Below are positions 1 to 13,000 of a DNA stretch of 64,000 nucleotides, piece after piece (within the stretch, counting starts at the first letter, position 1; the number at the start of each line of letters is the position of its first letter). Made by a program: the position numbers and the translations under genes. The notes below the pieces were generated by a model. The model was not told the DNA's origin, made no database searches, and saw nothing but the letters and a program-made list of their open reading frames with translations. The DNA lies in assembly GCA_002269645.1 (NCBI GenBank), contig NIVC01000957.1:62001-126000 (forward strand), written 5' to 3'. Origin of the DNA: Macrostomum lignano. Lineage: Eukaryota.

Positions 1-7
1 CTTTGAC

Positions 8-3000
8 ATGGACCTGGTGATTTACCAGTCCAATGGTAATGTGCTGCAATATTTCAAGTGTGACAAGCAGCCTCCCAATGCCACTGTGCGTGTGCTCTTG
101 AGTCACGAGCACTACGAGTCGCTCAGACTTCGACCGTCTCTGCAAGCTTCTTCAGGTGCAGAGTGTCCCAGGCCAATGGCAAGCGGCTCAAAGGCAGTGC
201 CAGTTGACATCCACAGCTCATGTGCCGACATTGGAGCATCGGGTGATCATCGGTGAGTCTTCTTCATTTGTCTTTTTGATTTGAACTGCTGTCCTCACAA
301 CATGTCTTATTCCACTGTACTCACAGGCGTGCCGAGCCATTGCTGCCTGAGGCCCCGGCTCACCAGTGTGGACCAATGAACAACGCCTGCAATGACTGTG
401 GCGCATTGTTTTGGGCCAAAGAGACGCGCAACTTCTGCTGCGCCAAGGGCAAGGTGAAGCTGCCCACCCGTACGATGCCGCAGGTCTTGGTAGATCTTTA
501 CACGGGGCAGCACCGACTCAGTGCAGAGTTCCTGGCCCACATCAGGAGCTACAATGCGGTGCTGCACCTCACATCTCTGGGTGTGAAGCTCAGAATGGTG
601 CCTGGCTATAGTCCCAGCTTCATCATCAGCGGCCAGCTGCATCACAATATGGGGCCGCTGCTTGCCGACCCCTCAGCCGAGCCGCATGGCTGGCAGGTGT
701 ATTTTACTGACCGCGAATTGGAGAGCCGCCTGAGCCTCAGTCAGAGAGTGAAGCCGGAGCTGCTAAAGCTGCTGCAAACTCTGCTGCATCAATCCAACGG
801 CTACGTGCAAAGCCTTCGAGCTGCTGTTCAGCGAATCAGTGGCGACCCTGAGCTGGGAGATGCGCGAATTGTGATTCACCCGGACCGAAGACCAGCAGGG
901 GAACACATTCGGTGAGTTTGTGGTGTCAAAATAAACTATGATGTATATATTGTATATATTCATGATACAATATATAAAAATATAAAAATATAAAAATATG
1001 ATTTTTCCTCAGGCGCTACAATCTTCCTATGGCCAATGAGGTTGGCATTCTTATCGTTGGTGGCACAGAGGACGCAACGACAAATCGTGACGTTGTGATC
1101 CGACTGCGTGGTGGCCAAGTCCAGCGCATAGCCGAGACGTACCGGTCCTATGACCCTCTGGAGTACGTGCTGCTGTTCCCCAATGGCGAGGACGGCTGGC
1201 ACCCGGAGCTGAAGATGGCGAATGGGCGGAAGCTGACGCCCATGAAGTACTACGCCAGCGAAATCATGGTGCGAGCTGGCCAGTTCAATGTGCTGCACCA
1301 CGGCAGGCGTCTGTTCCAGCAGTACCTGGTGGACATGGCTGCCAAGATCGAGTCCGAGAGGCTGCTGTACCTGCGGACTCATCAGGAGGACCTGCGCAGC
1401 GAGACTTACAGCGGCCTGAGAGACGCCCTGTTTGCTGCTGATGGCAGGCACACTGAAGCCGATCCCAATGAGATTGGTAAGCCTGCTCATGTGTATCTGT
1501 CCTCCAGTTTTGTTGGTGGACCCAGGTACCTGATGGAGAGGCTGCAGGACGCAATGTCCTACGTGCACAAGTTTGGTAAGCCAGACCTGTTTGTCACGGC
1601 CACGTGCAACCCGAAGTGGCCAGAGATTACGGTGCAGCTGCTGCCTGGTCAGCGGCCTGAAGACCGTCCGGACATTGTGACCCGGGTGTTTGAATTAAAG
1701 AAAAAAGCTCTGATTGAAGAGCTCAGGAAGCGCTTTGGCAAGGAAGCTGCGCATGTCTGCTCACTGGAGTTCCAGAAGCGCGGTGAGTTGATCCGTTTTC
1801 TCTGTGATGAACTGCAAAAAGTAAAGTCTTATAATTAATGTCTTTTGTCTCATGATTAATTATAAGACATTACTTATTTATAAAACATTCAACACAGGCC
1901 TTCCCCATGTGCACTTTCTGCTGTGGCTGGCAAACGGAAGTCGAGTCACTCCGGATCGCTACGATGCCATCGTGTCTGCGGAGATCCCAGACCCACAGCG
2001 GCAGCCAGTGCTGTACGAGCTGGTCAAGATCCACATGATCCACGGACCGTGTGGCGAGCTGAACCCGGCCTGCCCTTGCATGGAGAACGGCAAGTGCAGC
2101 AAGGCCTTCCCGAAGGACTTTCAGCCGGAGACGCTGACCAGCGACACCGGGTACCCGTTCTACAGGAGGCGCTCTCCTGAGATGGGAGGCTTCACGGTGG
2201 ACAAACTGTTCAAGGGCCGCAGCATCCGAATGGACAACAGGTGAGTCTGCAGATGCTTAGCCATAGCATTTCTGTACTATACAGTTAAATCCTATCTTCC
2301 TATCTTTCCTATCTTCTTCTTCTTCTTCTTTCTCTAGGTGGGTTGTGCCATACAACACTGACCTGCTGCTCCAGTTCGCATGCCACTTGAACGTTGAAGT
2401 TTGTGCCACCGTCAAGTCTGTCAAGTACGTAATCAAGTATTTGATGAAAAGTGGCGATATGGCTGTTTTCAAAGTTGCCGACGCTGGAGCCACTGAAGCT
2501 CAGCCTGTCAAACAGCTAGAGAAGCCACGTGACGAAATCTCAGAGTACCTGTCTGCACGCTACATTGGCCCAATGGAAGCTGTAAACACCATCTTGGCCT
2601 TTGAGGTGAGTAATCAGTTGTGATTACCTGTTTTATCTTATTTCCAATGACACGATCCTTAACATCTTAACACCCAGGTGCACAACAGGTACCCGGCGGT
2701 CATCAGACTCTGCGTGCACAAGTCTGAAGAGCAGCTTGTGTATTTCAACGAGCGGACCGCCAGCGCCAAAGCCAAGGCGCCCAGAGATTCGACACTGACG
2801 GCCTTCTTCAAGCTGTGCCGCACTGACGAGTTTGCTCGGCGTCTACTCTACAACGAGGTGGCCTCCTACTTTGTGTGGCATCCGAGTGCAAGAGAGTGGC
2901 GTCGGGCAAAGCAGGGCGCCGATGTCGAATGGCATCCTGGCGTAAAGCGCAATTCAAACATATCTCGCATGTACACAGTTAGTCCTAGAGCAGGTGACCT

Positions 3001-4930
3001 GTTCTACCTGCGACTGCTGCTGCTGCACGTGCGAGGACCGACCAGCTTCGAGTCGTTGCAGACCGTGGCCGGTGTTTATTTCGTCAGCGCCAAGGCTGCC
3101 TGCATGGCTCTCGGCCTGCTGCAACGCGATGACCACTGGCACCACTGCCTGACTGAGGCTGTCCAGAGCCGAATGCCGCGAGCTCTGAGGCACCTGCTGG
3201 CTGTCGTCCTCATCTGGGGAGAGCCAGACGATGGCGCCAACCTGTGGAGCAGCTTTGCAGAGGATCTCTGCGAAGACCTGCGATTCCACAACCCGGACCT
3301 GAGCGCCGAGGAAGTCAGCGACTTGGCTCTGCGAGAGCTGCAGAGCATGCTGACGTCAATGGGCGGCAGCAGTCTGCCAGAATACGGACTTCCTGCTGCC
3401 TCCGCTATGCCGCAAGTCGGGCCGCAGCAGTTCGACACGGTCGAGCAGGCGGAGATCACAGAGACGCGGCTGCCAATGCTGACGGCTGAGCAGCGGGTCA
3501 TCTATGAGGCCGTGACTGAGGATATTTACAATGGCTCAGGTGGGCTGCATTTCCATGACGCTCTCGCAGGCACCGGCAAGACCTTCTTGCTTGAGGTTCT
3601 GCTGGCGTTTGTGCGTAGTCGAGGGGAAGTCGCACTCGCCGTTGCGTCGTCTGGCATCGCAGCCACCCTGCTGCCGGGTGGACAGACGGCGCATTCGACA
3701 TTCAAGATCCCAGTGCGGCTGGTTCGCACCGACAAGGACGTGTGTTCTGTCCGAGCCCAATCAAGACAGGCCGCAGTGTTTCGCACCGTGCGGCTTATAG
3801 TCTGGGATGAAATCTCCATGACGAATCGGAAGGATCTGGAGGCTGTCGACCGCAGTCTCCGAGACCTACGGAAGCAAGACCGTCCATTCGGCGGCATCGT
3901 TTTGGTCTGCGATGGAGACTTTCGCCAGTTGCTGCCGGTGGTGCAGAATGGCACCAGGGCAAACAACATTTTAGCTTGTGTAAGCAAATCTAATCTGTGG
4001 CCTTTATTCCACAGGCACAGACTTTCTAAGAACATCCGGCTGCAACGCTGTGCTGATGCTGAGCTGTACAATCGCTATATGCAACTGCTCATGCAGGTGA
4101 ATATTTCTCTTGCTGCTTATATGAGCGTGGCAACATGAGATTCTCATGCATTTTCTGCACATCCCGCACAGATCGGCTCAGGGCCGGCTGATCAGTCGGA
4201 TGACACAGTCCGCCTTCCTGCCGAGATCGTCATTCCGGCAGAGGCGCCGCTCTCCGCGCTGATCCAGTTCGTGTACCCTTCGTTCGAGGCGTCAGCGGAG
4301 CGTGACGGCTACTTTTCAAGCCGGGCAATCCTGGCGCCCTACAACGATGCGGTTGACGCGATCAACAGCGAGTGCCTGGCAATGTTCCCAGGCCAACTGC
4401 GAGAGTATCGCTCAGTGGACAGCGTGGCTGACGAGGAAGCGGCCACGCACTTTCCTCCGGAGCTGCTGAACCAGCTGGATGCTCCGAACTTTCCTACTCA
4501 CCTGCTTAAGCTCAAGGTGGGCATGCCGCTGGTTCTGCTGCGGAATCTGAATCCGCCAAGGCTGTGCAACGGCACCCGGCTGATCATCCTGGAGCTGGGC
4601 GAGAACGTGCTGCGCTGCAAGGTCGCTGCCGGCCAGTTCTCTGGTGATGAAATCTTACTGCCGAGGATTCCGCTGCAGCCCAACAATGCTGACCTGCCAG
4701 TCTGCTTCAAGCGGCTGCAGTTCCCAGTTAAGCCGAGCTTTTGCCTGACGATCCACAAGTCACAGGGCCAGTCGCTCGACACCGTGGACATCGACCTGGC
4801 TGTCGGCTGTTTTGCGCACGGCCAGCTGTACACTGCGCTGTCGCGAGCAAAGAATGCGGCCAATGTACGGGTCCGAATCTCTGGAGATAAGACGAGAAAT
4901 GTCGTGTACCCTGAAGTGCTGAGTGTTTGA
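8..4930 (+). CDS. Helitron Rep (HUH) / PIF1-type helicase, 7 exons: join(8..252,327..911,1013..1782,1898..2240,2338..2605,2678..4096,4172..4930), 1462 aa from the ATG at 8 (true start may be upstream)
   Basis: Six GT-AG introns each restore the frame and rebuild conserved motifs across junctions: HIR|RYNLP, EFQKRG|LPHVH (HUH), DNR|WVVPYN, MQ|IGSG. Also present: YVIKYLMK (catalytic Tyr motif), AGTGKTF, IVWDEISM, GDFRQLLPV, TIHKSQGQS, HGQLYTALSR. Confidence 0.93.
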
Positions 4931-5330
4931 ATGGCCATCTAAAAGGATTGCTCACAATTACTATTAAGACGAAATAGTATGCACACTGTCAATCTCTGGG
5001 GTTGGGTGTTGCAGCTGCTCAATCGTGATAAATAAATAAAATGCACACTGTCAACTTACACGCATGTGTAAATACAGAAAAATATATCCTTTCTATCGGA
5101 TTGTCATTGAATAACAAGTTATCGATGGAAAAGCACAAGTGTGTGTGTGTGTGTGTGTGCGTTTGTGCGTGATCTATGATACGCATTCTCGAGCAGAAGA
5201 TCGCAGCTTGTACGTCTATGTTAAAAAAGTACATGTGCCACTTAGGCGTCTATGACGCATACAGGTAAGCCTAAGCGGTTGGGATTAAAGCCCGAAAAAT
5301 AATTCACGCTTCAAATCAAAGTCAAAACTA

Positions 5331-5422
5331 AATCTTTCTTCATCTACAGCAGCCACCGCGTGTCAACAATAAAGATAATCTTTCTTCATCTACAGCAGCC
5401 ACCGCGTGTCAACAATAAAGAT
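5331..5422 (+). repeat. Perfect 46-bp tandem duplication
   Basis: AATCTTTCTTCATCTACAGCAGCCACCGCGTGTCAACAATAAAGAT occurs twice, at 5331-5376 and 5377-5422. Confidence 0.9.
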
Positions 5423-5478
5423 AAGTGCATTACTATTTGTCAATTAAATCAATTATAAACTGTGCTAATCAAATTATA

Positions 5479-6578
5479 ATGGAAGGTTCCTGCACAGTGC
5501 CCAATCAGCAGAGGCTGAACATCGCTGCGCTGGTGTCCGGCATGATGAAGGGCGCAATAATCGGATTGGTGTCAATGCTAACGGACATCAGAAATTATTC
5601 AAACGCAAAGGGAACTGGCCAAGTGTTCTCTTTTAATCTTGCAGACGAAGACAGCGAGATTCGGGTAAGCGTGTTCGGAACAAATTTGAGAACACACCAT
5701 TACTTGTGCAAAAACGCTACGGCCGTGCGCGTATCTGGTGGTTGGTTGAAAGCCTCAAATTCTATGTACAACTCAACCGACAACGAGCTCGAAATGACTC
5801 TGTCAGTGGATAAAGATGGAGTCCTTGTTGCTAGCAACGAAATTGTCCAGCAGCGCAAAGCCCAGTACATAAAAATTGGCGTTCTCTCAACCTTTACACT
5901 GAGAAAGTAAGTTAAAGTCGTACTCGTACCATTCATTCTAAGCAACATTCGTTTTGGATGTGATTAACAATTAATGGCAAAATTCTTCAATGGTCATGTA
6001 GGAAGGTTGACATTCGAGGCGTCATTTCCAGTACTATGGCGCAAAGGGAAATCCAAACAAAACGAGGAACTACCACTAACTTGGCCAATGTGACACTGGT
6101 CGATGACTCGGCATCGTCTGTCTCCTGCACATTCTGGGCCGACAGTGCAAGTCTGGTGAATCACTGGACTGTGGGCGACACCCTAGAGGTTCAAGGAGCC
6201 CAAGTGCAAGAATATGGCAATGATATTTCGCTAAATTGTACCAGGGCCAATGTTCGCCAATATCCTGCCAATGACTCTGACTTGACGGAGTGGTTTGAAA
6301 GGGCTCAGTCGAGTCAGCAAATCTTTGAGCCAGTCCAAAAGACCCAATCGACTGCGAGACCGCCTGATAACCAGAAAGTTCGGAGGGACACATTTGTGTT
6401 CCAGTGCTCTCCTGAAATGTTCGCATCATTCCGCAATGTACAAATAATGCAAGTATGCTGCGGAGACGACGAAATTATTTTTTCGCGAGACAAACGCGGA
6501 GGCGACGTGTCACTGGGCCAAATGGAGTCTACTCCAATCGCTGGACCGTCGCATTCTACTATCAATGAGGACGATTAA
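5479..6578 (+). CDS. RPA70-like tandem OB-fold ssDNA-binding protein carried by the Helitron, join(5479..5906,6002..6578)
   Basis: GQVFSFNLADEDSEIRVSVFG resembles RPA70 DBD-A, and KVDIRGVI...VTLVDDSASSVSCTFWAD resembles DBD-B. A phase-2 GTAAGT...TAG intron (5907-6001) joins the two ORFs in frame. Confidence 0.8.
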
Positions 6579-6863
6579 AAAGAATTGTCATTGATAAAGC
6601 AACACAGTCAATCTCTGGTGTTGGGTGTTGCAGCTGCTAAGTTTAATAACAATAAAGTGCACACTGTCAATCTCCGGGGTTGGGTGTTGCAGAAGCAGCA
6701 ATGTTATTCTGATAATAATTCTGATTGATTGTTGATACTAAAAAAAGATAATACAATAAACGCTGTATGCATCTGATTCAGTAAAAAATAAGAGAATAAT
6801 ACAAAAAAATAACTATTGTTTTCAAATAAATAATATAATCAATTCATTGCTCTGAACCTGAGC

Positions 6864-6894
6864 ATCTCCCCGGAGGGGGGCTAAAATTGCTATA
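6864..6894 (+). terminator. Degenerate second Helitron 3'-end signal (hairpin + CTAT)
   Basis: TCTCCCCGGAGGGGGGCTAAAATTGCTATA closely matches the terminal TCTCCCCGAAGGGGGGTCAACTATTGCTAGT. Confidence 0.65.
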
Positions 6895-7163
6895 ATTGTC
6901 TATAGCCAACATTCTCCTTCTTACTTTTCGATCCTCTATTCTGTAATGGAGATAGCTTGAGTTCTTTCTTTCTGTGGTGTATTGTAGTGTAATAAAATAT
7001 TAATGACTAAATGAATGAGACCTATGAATAAGAATGAATATAAAAATTGATTTATGAATATTCATATTGAATTATTGAGATATTGAATTATAGATACGGT
7101 GAATAAGAGAGATTATTATGAATATTAGTTAATCAATTGCGATAAATAACTGTACTAAATACT

Positions 7164-7192
7164 CTCCCCGAAGGGGGGTCAACTATTGCTAG
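7164..7192 (+). terminator. Helitron 3' terminal hairpin and CTAG
   Basis: GC-rich stem-loop 10 nt upstream of CTAG|T. Confidence 0.85.
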
Positions 7193-8929
7193 TCTAAATA
7201 TACTAAATCTTTAGGGTTTGTATGCTTGCTTGATTGCTTGACTAGTATATTAAAAATGAAACTCTTTTGTATCTAAAATTGACTTCACGATACTGCAAAA
7301 GGTAATAAATTATTTTTCAGCATTCCAGTTATTTCGAATGAAACGAGCAAACCTCAGAGAAAGGTTAAAGGTTAAAGGTCGTTCTCAGCAAAGTGTTACT
7401 TGATGGCGGACTTTGTACGCACCCGTGCATCCAGTTTTACTGGAATATATCTCAAATAAGTGCAGCTAAAAGGGCTCAGATACCATGACACGAGTACCAT
7501 ACGATACCATGACACGAATTTATACGGTAATATAAATTCCGAAATTGCTTGTTGTCATGTGAAAATTCATATAAAAATTATAAATCTGATTTATTACCAA
7601 AAACATCGGTGCAAGAGAAGATACCACGATCTCCACCGTGGTGCATGAATTCGGAGCCGCGCTTAACTGCTGCCAGGGCAGCGAAGCGACGAGCGAGAGC
7701 GAACGTCTTTGAGTTTGAACGTCGGCGTGAGAGAAACCGACGAAAGTCGGCAACGATCTTTCCACCCCCACGTGACTGCAGTTCGCTGTAATCGAGCCCA
7801 GCCGTACCACAAGGCACGCGCGTCGTGTCGGGATGCTGAACTGCCGCACTCTCAAGGCCGCGTAGCCGAGGGCCGGCTGTTGGCGCAGCTAGCGCTCGAC
7901 CTTATAGATGCGATGTCATCTCACTGCAAGCAAGTGTTCATCAGGGCCGACGCGGGAATTCATTGTGAGAAACTTTGCGCCGGTGGACCAAAGAGGCCGT
8001 CGTGAAGTTGGACCGCTGATCGGACCCAGACTGAAGCAGAGCTGTCGCTGCATCTCTCTGTCTGACCGGTGGCTTCAGTTCAACGTCTGCAGTTTCGTGG
8101 CCGAAACGCTCGATCACCTGTTCAGCGCGAACGCGCCTCCTGTCACCCGACCTAACGAGGGTCGAGTCTTCTTCGAACAGCTCTTAGTTGGACCCGCCTG
8201 GCCCAAACACTCGGTTTTCGTCCGGATTTGGTCCAGTATCGTCCGGTTTTAGCGGTTTTTTTCGGATCAAGCTAAATTTCATCCGGATTTTATCCGGATC
8301 AAAATTCAGAGGATCCTCCGGACCAAAACCGGATAAAAAATTTTTTGCAAACGTCTTTCGTCCGGTTTTTCACCCGGAAATTTATCCGGTCGATTTTCTA
8401 ACAATTGGACAAAACCCGGAGCATAATCCGGATGACCTCCTGACGAGAGTAGTTTTTTCGTCCGGAAAATGATCCGGTATTTCTTCCACTCGTTTCTCCA
8501 CTGTTCGAGACGGATCTAACCGGATCAAATACCGGATTAAATTTTACTTATATCCTCCCTACAGTTTTGAGTCAGTGTGGTTTCCCGCTGGGACCTAACT
8601 CCGACATTTTGCAAACTGTAAGTGTAATTTCAGTCCGATTTTTACACGATTTTCGTAATCAAATCGAAATATGCCCGAATTTTCTCCGACTTTCGCTTGG
8701 TCGATGAAATATAGACAAAATTCTGAGTTGTTTTGGCTCGATTTTCGACCGACATTCCCCCGATTTTCACCTAAATTTTTCTGTAAAAAGTCGGCTGAAG
8801 TTCGGCGCAGTTTTGGCACGATTTTTCACCGACATTTTTCCGATTTTCACCTAAATTTGTCTGTAAAGAGTGTAGAGAGCGAAGCCGAGAGAGAGAAAGT
8901 TATGTGTTGTGTGTAGCCGATAAAGCCTC

Positions 8930-9784
8930 TGTGACGTTGCCAGTTAAGGAGGTCCCGCAAAAGGGCCGTTGGACTGTAGTTTCCCTTGCAATTTCTCACT
9001 TAAATTTCTCCAATAGTTTATTTTAACGTTTACTTATAGTAGCGTGCAACTAATCTGTATCAATTGCTAATTCACTGTGTATTTGATAGACCTTGCGTTC
9101 GTCTGTAAAATTTAGCACGATCGATAATTTCAAGTTCTCTCGCCAGCCAATGAAAATTCTCCGCGTGTATATTGCTAGCCCTCTGCGCTCTTTATTAACC
9201 CCCGCCTGGCGGCGGGCTGGGGGGCCCTTCACTTGCACCTCCCTTGGCGTTCTCTTTGCTCCCTTGCGGCCCTTGTGTTTTCGTCTCGTTTTCCTTCTCT
9301 CGCCTGGCTGCCTCGAGCCTCCTTATCTCACGCCACGGCTCCTCTGTCTGGACCCGCCTGTTTACACACCGTTACTCCACTGTGTTCTGCAACGGCGAAC
9401 GCCATTCTCGCCGCTACTTATCCGCCCGTCTACTTGCTACTCACTGCTTCCACTGTGATCATCGCCATCACCCACCACGTTACGTCACCATTGTATCCTT
9501 CGTCTGCTACTCGACTTCATCATTCTAAATTACCTTCAAAACCATTGTTGCAGCCGCCAGTGTCCCAAAGCGCAATAAGTTTTGTATTGACATTAACCAG
9601 TTCTAATATTGATCTCAACAATAAATTAACCACGGCAGTTTCCTGCCCTTATACGCCAAGTGCTTCGCTACACAATCCATTTTGCAAGAATTGACTTCGA
9701 TTCATTTTGGGACTACAACGACTTGCGACAATTCTCGTCAACGGCCCTTTTAAGGGTCCTAGCCACTACGCCGATAAAGTGACA
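8930..9784 (+). mobile_element. 855-bp solo-LTR-like insertion (family L1) inside the Gypsy 1 3' LTR
   Basis: TGTGAC...GTGACA ends flanked by a CCTC 4-bp duplication (8926-8929, 9785-9788). Removing it restores the LTR. Internal CCAAT and TATA-like boxes. Diverged homolog at 32677-33527. Confidence 0.88.
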
Positions 9785-10072
9785 CCTCAATCCATTGTAG
9801 GCTCTGTGCGATCGATTTATATATTTAGCAGCGACCCTGCAGCTGAGACTGCGTACATTAAAAACAGAAAGCCAAGAATATTGGATGTACATCGGAAATG
9901 CACACCAGGACTAAAAACACTTATTATGCAAGCACTGGGCAGCAGGTGCCTACAATTCTCCCCAACCAGAGAGATCCCAGGGGATAAAAAAAACGAGCTC
10001 AATTACTCAGTTACTACCGGCCCAAACCCCAAAGCAATCAAAGCGGCCCGCCCACGCACAAAAACCCTAGGA

Positions 10073-13000
10073 TCACAATTTGTAGCTGAGCACTCTGTTA
10101 CGGGAAGCTCTTGGATGTTCTCGCGTGGCGATGCTACCGCTGGGTAGACCGGCGGGCTCTCCGGCAGGTTGGCCGGCAGGTTGGCCGGCAGGCTCTCCGG
10201 CAGGCTGGCCGTCAGGCTCTCCGGCAGGTTGGCCGGCAGGCTCTCCGGCAGGCTCTCCGGCAGGCTGGCCGGCAGGCTCTCCGGCAGGCTCTCCGGCAGG
10301 CTGGCCGGCAGGCTCTCCGACCAGGGGCCGCAGCTGCGAGACGTGGCGCATGCAGGACTGTTCGCCGCGTTGAAGAACACACGTGTCTCCCTGGACCTGC
10401 TTGACTGTCCAAGGATGTGGCTCGAACGGCAGCTGCAGTTTGTTACGTGGCTGCTTCTTTCGCAGAACTTTGTTGCCGACTCTGACGCCGTGCTCCTTGA
10501 CACCCTTGCGATCATCAAAGCACGCCTTTATGTCTTGGACATAGTTTCTGTGCCAGCTCTGCACCTCTTCATGGTTACGTCGATGAGCTGTGATGGTTTC
10601 ATGGTCGGGATGCCGTCGTTCATCGTCCTGCCCATGAGTAGCTCAGCGGGTGCGCGGGCGGTCGCTCGATGTGGTGTCGTGCGGAACGCCAACAGCCAGT
10701 CCTCGATAGCCTCCCGCCAGTTACGACCTTCGGCCACTGCCGTATGAATCATTTTCCCGATGCTGCGGTTGACTCGCTCCGTCGCTCCATTGGATTCTGG
10801 GTGCAGCGGGCAGATGAGGCGGTGGTGAATGCCGTACGAAGCGAGGAAGCTGCGGAAAGCTGCCGAGCTGAATGGCGGGCCGTTATCGGTGACCACCTCA
10901 ATCGGGACGCCGTATCTGCCGAACAGCCTCCGCAGGTGGGGGATCACGCTCTCCGCCGTCGTCGAGTTGAGAAAATTGACTTCTGGGTACTTTGAATACA
11001 AGTCGGTGGTGACCAGGAGCATCTGGCCCTGCACTGGGCCGTAGAAATCCATACCTAGTAGCAGCCAGGCACCGAAATTTCTGTCGGCCTCAATGGTGTC
11101 TGTCGCAATCCGGTGGCCGCAGCCTGGCAGTGTGCAGCACTGGACGAAGAGCTCGCAGTCGCTGCGCATCCGAGGCCACCACACCTTCGTCTGCAGGCGT
11201 TTAAGGGTGCGATCGGCGCCCAGATGACCGGTGTGCGCCAGTTGAAGGATCGGCCTGCGCAGCGACTCGGGGATGACGATGAGGTCACCGCGGAGTAATA
11301 CTCCGTCGCTTTCCGACAGTTCGCCGCTGATGGACTTAAAGGAGCGCTGGGCTGCCGCTTGCATGTCCCAGCGGCCGGTTTGAATCGCGTTCAGCGCCGC
11401 CTGGACGTCCCTGTCGGTGCGCGATGCTTCCCGAACCTGGTCGAGACTGAAGCCCTTTGGCACGGCCCCGGTCGACACGGCGTTGATGAAGGCGGCGTCG
11501 AGCTCTTCACCTACATTCCGACGCCGCTCTGGCAGTGGCTGCCGACTCAGCAGGTCAGCCGGGTTGGTCGAGCCTGGCCGGTAGAGCAGGTTGAAGCGGA
11601 GATGCTGAATGCGCAGTGCCATTCGCTCGATCCGCGGTGGCGGACGGGAGCCAGGCTTGAAAAGCGGCACGAGCGGTCGGTGGTCCGTCACCACGGTGAA
11701 GTCTGGGTCGCCAGCCAGATAGTGCTCAAACTTGAGACACCCAAATTTGATGGCCAACGCCTCCCGCTCGATCTGCGCGTACCGCTGCTCCACCGGCGAG
11801 AGGGCTCTGCTGGCGTAGGCGACGGGTCTGCTGTTGCCGTCTGGCTGCCGCTGCGTGAGGATGGCGCCGAGGCCGATCGGCGATGCGTCCACCAGGAGCT
11901 CCGTGTGCAGCCTGCGGTCGAAAAAGGCCAGCGTGTCCGCGTCTGAGAATGCCTTCTTGATGCCGTCAAACGCCGCTGTGTGTTTTTCTGTCCACTCCCA
12001 GGCTTGGCCCTTCTTCGTTAGCTGCCGGAGTGGGGCCGCGAGGTCAGCGAAGTTCGGGATGAACTTTGCCAGGAAGTTAGCGGTTCCCAGGAAAGAGCGG
12101 ATGTCGGCCACGTTGGAGGGCTCTCGGAAGTTCTGCATGGCGTCAATTTTCTCGGTGGCCGGTTGCATGCCCCGGGCGGTCAGGCGCATCCCAAGAAACT
12201 CGACAGTCGGCCGGGCGAACCTGCACTTGTCCTGATTGAGGGTGATCCCGAACTCTCGGAGGCGCTTAAGGCAGGCGTCCAGCCTCTCATGGTGCTGCTT
12301 CAGGTCGGAGCCGTATACCACCACGTCGTCGTGCGCCCACCGGACGCCGTCGATGCCGCTGAGGATGCCAAGCATGACTCGTTGAAGGATTTCCGAGACA
12401 TTTGTGAACCCCATGCTGAGCCTCTTGAGCCGCATCAGTCCGAGGGGCGTGCTGAAGGTGAAGAGGTGACAGCTGCTCTCGTGGACTGGGATCTGATAAA
12501 AAGCCTTCCGGATATCGAGTTTGCTGAACAGCTTGGCGTCTGCCATTTCCTCGGTGATTTCATCCAGCGTGGGGATTTGCTGCTTCTCTGGGATGACGAA
12601 AGCGTTGAGATCACGGAGGTCCTGGCAGATTCGAACGCCACCGTCGTCCTTGGGCACCACCAACATGCGTGACACCCAGGCGCTAGGACCTTTGACTGCC
12701 TCAATGATGCCCTGCTCCTCCAAAGCCTTGAGCTCGTCAACTACGGCCTCTTTCAGGTGCGCCGCCACACGTGAGGGCGCCTGGCAGACTGGAACAGCGT
12801 CATCGGACAGCTGGATCTGGACCTCTACACCCTTCATGCAGCCGATGCCGTTGAAGACTTCTTTGTGTCTCTGCAGGATGGCCTTGAGCTGGGGGTCGCT
12901 ACACTGCTCGGAGGGTGTGGTGGCGGCGATGGCGTTTATGTTTTGCGGCTTGGTAGCTTCAGGTCGCTGGATCTTCAGCACTCCTAGCTTGAATGCGGGC

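Larger units (their letters stand above)
4980..6692 (+). repeat. Dispersed ~40-bp motif TGCACACTGTCAATCTCTGGGGTTGGGTGTTGCAGCTGCT (copies ~4980-5019, ~6601-6638, ~6656-6692)
   Basis: Near-identical copies sit just downstream of the stop codons of both Helitron genes. Confidence 0.8.
1..7192 (+). mobile_element. Autonomous Helitron (5' end lies outside the window)
   Basis: Contains a RepHel gene and an RPA-like gene. Ends in a CTCCCC-GAA-GGGGGG hairpin (7164-7178), then CTAG (7189-7192) followed by T, the canonical Helitron 3' end. Confidence 0.87.

Noticed and set aside
7330-8870. Short ORFs and CCGGAT/CCGATTTT-rich repeats as a defined transposon
   Set aside because: It probably is a relic of non-autonomous DNA transposons, but I could not identify paired TIRs, a TSD or a protein motif.
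10003-10747. Several ORFs over the 12-bp repeat (and 23271-24288 over the 33-bp repeat)
   Set aside because: These are shadow frames of GC-rich, stop-free tandem repeats within real genes.
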